64,000 bases of DNA. Origin: an uncultured delta proteobacterium (GTDB lineage Bacteria; Desulfobacterota; Binatia; JACPRU01). Of the stretch, positions 60,857 to 64,000 are shown one piece after another. The number at the start of each line of letters is the position of its first letter. The first letter of the stretch is position 1. The stretch spans positions 113,181-177,180 of the forward strand of contig CAVQEA010000014.1 of NCBI GenBank assembly GCA_963711395.1. Direction: 5' to 3'. The notes under the pieces are model-generated. The model saw only the letters and a program-made list of their open reading frames with translations. It was not told the origin of the DNA and searched no databases. Made by a program: the position numbers and the translations under genes.

Positions 60857-61603
60857 ATGAAGGGCGTCTTGCTCGTCACGGGCGCCAGCCGCGGCATCGG
60901 CGCCGCCACCGCGCGTCTCGCGGCCTCACGCGGTTACGCGGTCTGCGTGAACTACGTGCGCGATCACGATGCCGCCAACGCCGTGGCTGGCGACATCGCC
61001 GCGGCGGGCGGTCGCGCGCTGCCTGTTCGGGCGGACGTGAGCGTCGAAACAGACGTCGTGCGCCTTTTCGAAACCATCGATCGCGCCCTCGGGCCGCTGT
61101 GCGCGCTGGTGAACAATGCGGGCGTGGTCGGGCGCCAGACTCGCGTCGAGCAAATCGACGCGGCGCGGCTCGCGCGCGTCTTTGGGATCAATGTCATCGC
61201 TTGCTTTCTCTGCGCGCGCGAAGCGGTGCGGCGCATGTCGGCCAGCCGCGGCGGCGAGGGAGGCGCGATCGTCAACGTCTCGTCTGCGGCCGCGCGCCTC
61301 GGCTCTCCGGGCGAGTACGTGGACTACGCGGCTTCCAAGGGAGCCGTCGACACCTTCACGATCGGCCTCGCGAAGGAAGTCGCCGCCGAGGGCATTCGCG
61401 TGAACGCCGTCCGACCCGGCATCATCGCGACCGACATCCACGCCAGCGGCGGCGACCCCGGACGCGTCGACCGCCTCAAGGACACGATCCCGATGAAACG
61501 CAGTGGGCAAGCCGAAGAAGTCGCCGAGACGATCCTCTGGCTGCTCTCCGACCAAGCTTCCTACGTGACCGGCGCGATTCTCGACGTCGCGGGTGGTCGA
61601 TAG
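60857..61603 (+). CDS. SDR-family short-chain dehydrogenase/reductase (249 aa).
   Basis: VTGASRGIGAATA (TGxxxGxG), NNAG, SSAAARLGSPGEYVDYAASKGAV (S...YxxxK), IRVNAVRPGIIAT. Confidence 0.9.
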   Translation: MKGVLLVTGASRGIGAATARLAASRGYAVCVNYVRDHDAANAVAGDIAAAGGRALPVRADVSVETDVVRLFETIDRALGPLCALVNNAGVVGRQTRVEQIDAARLARVFGINVIACFLCAREAVRRMSASRGGEGGAIVNVSSAAARLGSPGEYVDYAASKGAVDTFTIGLAKEVAAEGIRVNAVRPGIIATDIHASGGDPGRVDRLKDTIPMKRSGQAEEVAETILWLLSDQASYVTGAILDVAGGR

Positions 61604-61692
61604 CGACGTGTTTCGGATGCGAGCTCGCGCCGCCCCTTTCCGCCGAATTCGAGCGACGCTGTCGCGGCCGGCTCATCGACTCGAGCGGCAAC

Positions 61693-62007
61693 ATGGCGAT
61701 CAAGCCCCAGTTCGACGAAGCCGGTGACTTTCACGAGAGTCTGGCCCGCGTCCGAGTCCACGACCAATGGGGCTTCGTGGATGTCAACGGCGCGTTCGTC
61801 ATCGAGCCGCGGTTTCGCGAGGCCAACGACTTCCGGGAGGGGCTGGCCGTGGTGCTTGTCGACGGCTGGGTATACGTCGACAAGAGCGGCAAGGTCGCGT
61901 TTCAGTCGGAGGGCTTCGACGCGGCGATGAGCTTTTCCGAAGGGCTCGTCGCCGCGGGAACGCGAGCGGCCCTGGTTTCGAGGCGCACTCGACAGGACGC
62001 CTTCTAA
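61693..62007 (+). CDS. WG-repeat (KWG) containing protein, three repeats, possibly N-terminally truncated or frameshifted.
   Basis: IKPQFDEAGDFHESLARVRVHDQWGFVDVNGAFVIEPRFREANDFREGLAVVLVDGWVYVDKSGKVAFQSEGFDAAMSFSEGLVAA shows the characteristic F-x-EGLA-xV...WG-Y/F-ID repeat. Confidence 0.6.
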   Translation: MAIKPQFDEAGDFHESLARVRVHDQWGFVDVNGAFVIEPRFREANDFREGLAVVLVDGWVYVDKSGKVAFQSEGFDAAMSFSEGLVAAGTRAALVSRRTRQDAF

Positions 62008-62013
62008 CCGGGG

Positions 62014-63334
62014 CTAAGGGCTTCCCGCCTTCGGCCGGAACACCCTCGACCAGCCTATTTCGCCGAAGTTCGGGAAACGCGGCTTGCCCGTCATGATGCC
62101 ATCGACGACGTCAGCGACGGCAGCTGGACCGTCGCTGCCCAGCATGTCTCGTCGTAGCTCCATCTCCGTCCTGTCGAATTCTCCTCCGAGCCCCGAGAAG
62201 CGCGCATCCGCACCTGAGCTGTAGACAGGTTCCGACAACTTCGTCGGGGGCCCGCCGAACGGCCCGTGGAATGCGAAGCCCGGCTGGTATCGTCCCATGA
62301 AGACGGCATTCTCTCCGCGAAAACCTCCTTCGGGATTGTACTTCGAGTAGATCGCGATGTTCTGGAGATAGACCCAATCGCCGGGCACCATCGCGTCCAG
62401 CGAGTAGTTCGCAACGCCTGGATCCGCGGCTTCGATGTGCCTGACGATGGAGATCCGCGTGTCGTTCCAATCGCTCTTTCCGAAATTGAGCCCGATGAAT
62501 TGCAAACCTTCGGGATGCAGGTCATCGAAGCGCTTCGAGCCGATGACCTTCTCCACCGACTGCAGGATCGTCAGCTCGATGCCGTCGAGGCAATCCAAGT
62601 ACGAGCTCCCGTGCCGAAATTGCACGAGGGCCGAGCTGGCCGTCGCCCCGGGAACGGTGTTCAGGACTCGGCCGCCGGGAGCGTGCTGGCCTGCGCGCAG
62701 AGCCGTGCTCGAGGCCGTCCACCGATCGAGGCCGAAGTAGGTGCCGATCCGCGGCGGCGAAGCGCTCCCCGAGACGAACGTCGCATCGACCCGCTTCGTC
62801 GCCACGTCGTTCATGAAACGGATCATTTCGATCCGTATCGCGAAGTTTTCCTTGGCCTCCTCGAGATTCGCGAAGCGAATGGGATACGGATTGGATGCCA
62901 TCGCGCAGAAGATCTGTCGCCGGAGCGCGCTCTCGATGCGCGCGAGCTCGGATCGTCTGCCGCTCTCGAAGGCGGGATCACTCTGGCGCGAGCCGGATAC
63001 GGTCAAGAACCGGATGACTCGTGCGTCGTCATCGGGACTGTTCGGATCGATCTGCGCGCCGCCGATGAAGAGTCCGCCCTTGCCTTTGGTGCAGAGTAGG
63101 CTCTTCCGCATGGGCGGACCGCCGTACGGGTCCCCTCCCGGCTCCGTGCGGCTCGGACGGCGCCCGAGGGTCGGAGGGGCCGATCTGCTCCCCGCTCTGA
63201 GCGAGCGCCACGCCGGCGCCGACGAACAGCCCTGCGACGCCCGCTGCAAGAGCCATCGCGAGAAATCTCGCGGTGCGCGACGACGCTCGCCGGTGAGCCA
63301 CGTTCCTCATCATCGGCGCGGCTCCCCTCGACAT
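62014..63334 (-). CDS. Secreted hypothetical protein (about 430 aa), with an apparent frameshift near 63100.
   Basis: Signal peptide MRNVAHRRASSRTARFLAMALAAGVAGLFVGAGVALA in ORF 63029..63334. A 411-aa body follows in another frame. I see no recognisable family. Confidence 0.45.
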
Positions 63335-63361
63335 GTCAGCGCCGCGGGCCTGCGACCGTTG

Positions 63362-63812
63362 CTATCTGTTGTACCAGTCGCGCTCGGCGGGGGTGGACTG
63401 GTGATTTTGCAGACGGTCGGCTGCCCACCCGTCGCCCGCTTTGTGGGCCTGACACGCCGCGTAGTCCGTGTACTGACCGCACTCGTCCTGTTTCGAGCCT
63501 CCGCCACTTTTGTTGAGCGGCGCGATCAGCGGCCCGAAGATGCCACCAAAGCCCATGCTTCGTTGCATCAACATCATCCGCAGCCTGAGCTCGGCTTCCG
63601 ACGGGCCACCCGAGTTCTGGATTGGCCTGCTGGCTTCTCTTGCTCGCCGGGGGGTTGGCGGGTGGTTCTAGTTGTTGAGGAGCGTCGCCGAATTCCGGCT
63701 CCTCGTCGCCATCGCTCATCTCGGCGTAGGCCTTGGCCCCGCCGGTACCTGCCAGCCAAACTGCAAGCGCGATCACACTCACACAGATGATGATTCGATG
63801 TCGCGTGACCAT
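63362..63812 (-). CDS. Small secreted hypothetical protein: signal peptide, acidic region, Gly-rich C-terminus. Apparent frameshift near 63560.
   Basis: MVTRHRIIICVSVIALAVWLAGTGGAKAYA..DGDEEPEFGD then MMLMQRSMGFGGIFGPLIAPLNKSGGGSKQDECGQYTDYAACQAHKAGDGW in an adjacent frame. Confidence 0.35.
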
Positions 63813-64000
63813 CGTTCTCACCCTCGGACGAGTGGCCTAACGCCTCGGCAGATCTGCTGTCAAGAAGCCACCATCGCTCTCACTGGATCCTGAAGAGCTT
63901 GATCCAAACGCCCGGCCTCAACCACGGCGTGCCATCCATCTTTTGCTGCTCGTCCCAGAATATCGCCTTGGCATCCCTGCCGTTGCCGACGGTCTTCACG

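Noticed and set aside
58426-62007. 1193-aa ORF on the plus strand
   Set aside because: It runs antisense through three convincing minus-strand genes and through the SDR gene in another frame. Only its last ~100 codons, the WG repeats, look real. The rest is GC-driven absence of stop codons.

Overview
High-GC (~70%) bacterial chromosomal segment. The gene content (AsmA, bactofilin, WG repeats, a Zn-ribbon/TonB-C protein, an RND efflux operon) suggests a Myxococcota/deltaproteobacterial-type genome. The core is housekeeping: mreB, an AsmA-family gene, xerC-hslV-hslU, argB-argD-argF-argG, a yajD-like HNH gene, a bactofilin, an LpxL-family acyltransferase, a TetR-MFP-RND-OMF efflux operon, several acyl-CoA dehydrogenases, a sensor kinase, katG with a divergent Fur/PerR-type regulator, zwf-pgl-glk plus a GH63-like glycosidase, an ECF sigma/anti-sigma envelope-stress cluster, and a set of secreted or lipoprotein genes. 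Many clearly homologous genes (mreB, asmA, xerC, hslVU, argBDFG, zwf, katG, three ACADs and others) are broken by small indels. These are mostly 1-bp insertions, and one is 5 bp, so I read them as sequence errors rather than gene decay. The most unusual region is a lower-GC island at about 38.2-46.3 kb. It carries a polyprenyl-phosphate-sugar-type glycosylation module: two DPM1-like GT2 genes (one fused to a SAM-methyltransferase domain), an 11-TM GT-C-like membrane protein, a possible GtrA-like small membrane protein, and an epimerase remnant. It also carries an IS91-family transposase fragment, two 100% identical 86-bp repeats (one with a perfect 21-bp terminal inverted repeat), a Phd/YefM-VapC toxin-antitoxin pair and a truncated recQ at the edge. 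A separate 168-bp palindromic element at 34.9-35.1 kb is not explained by any feature. No rRNA, tRNA or CRISPR array was found.
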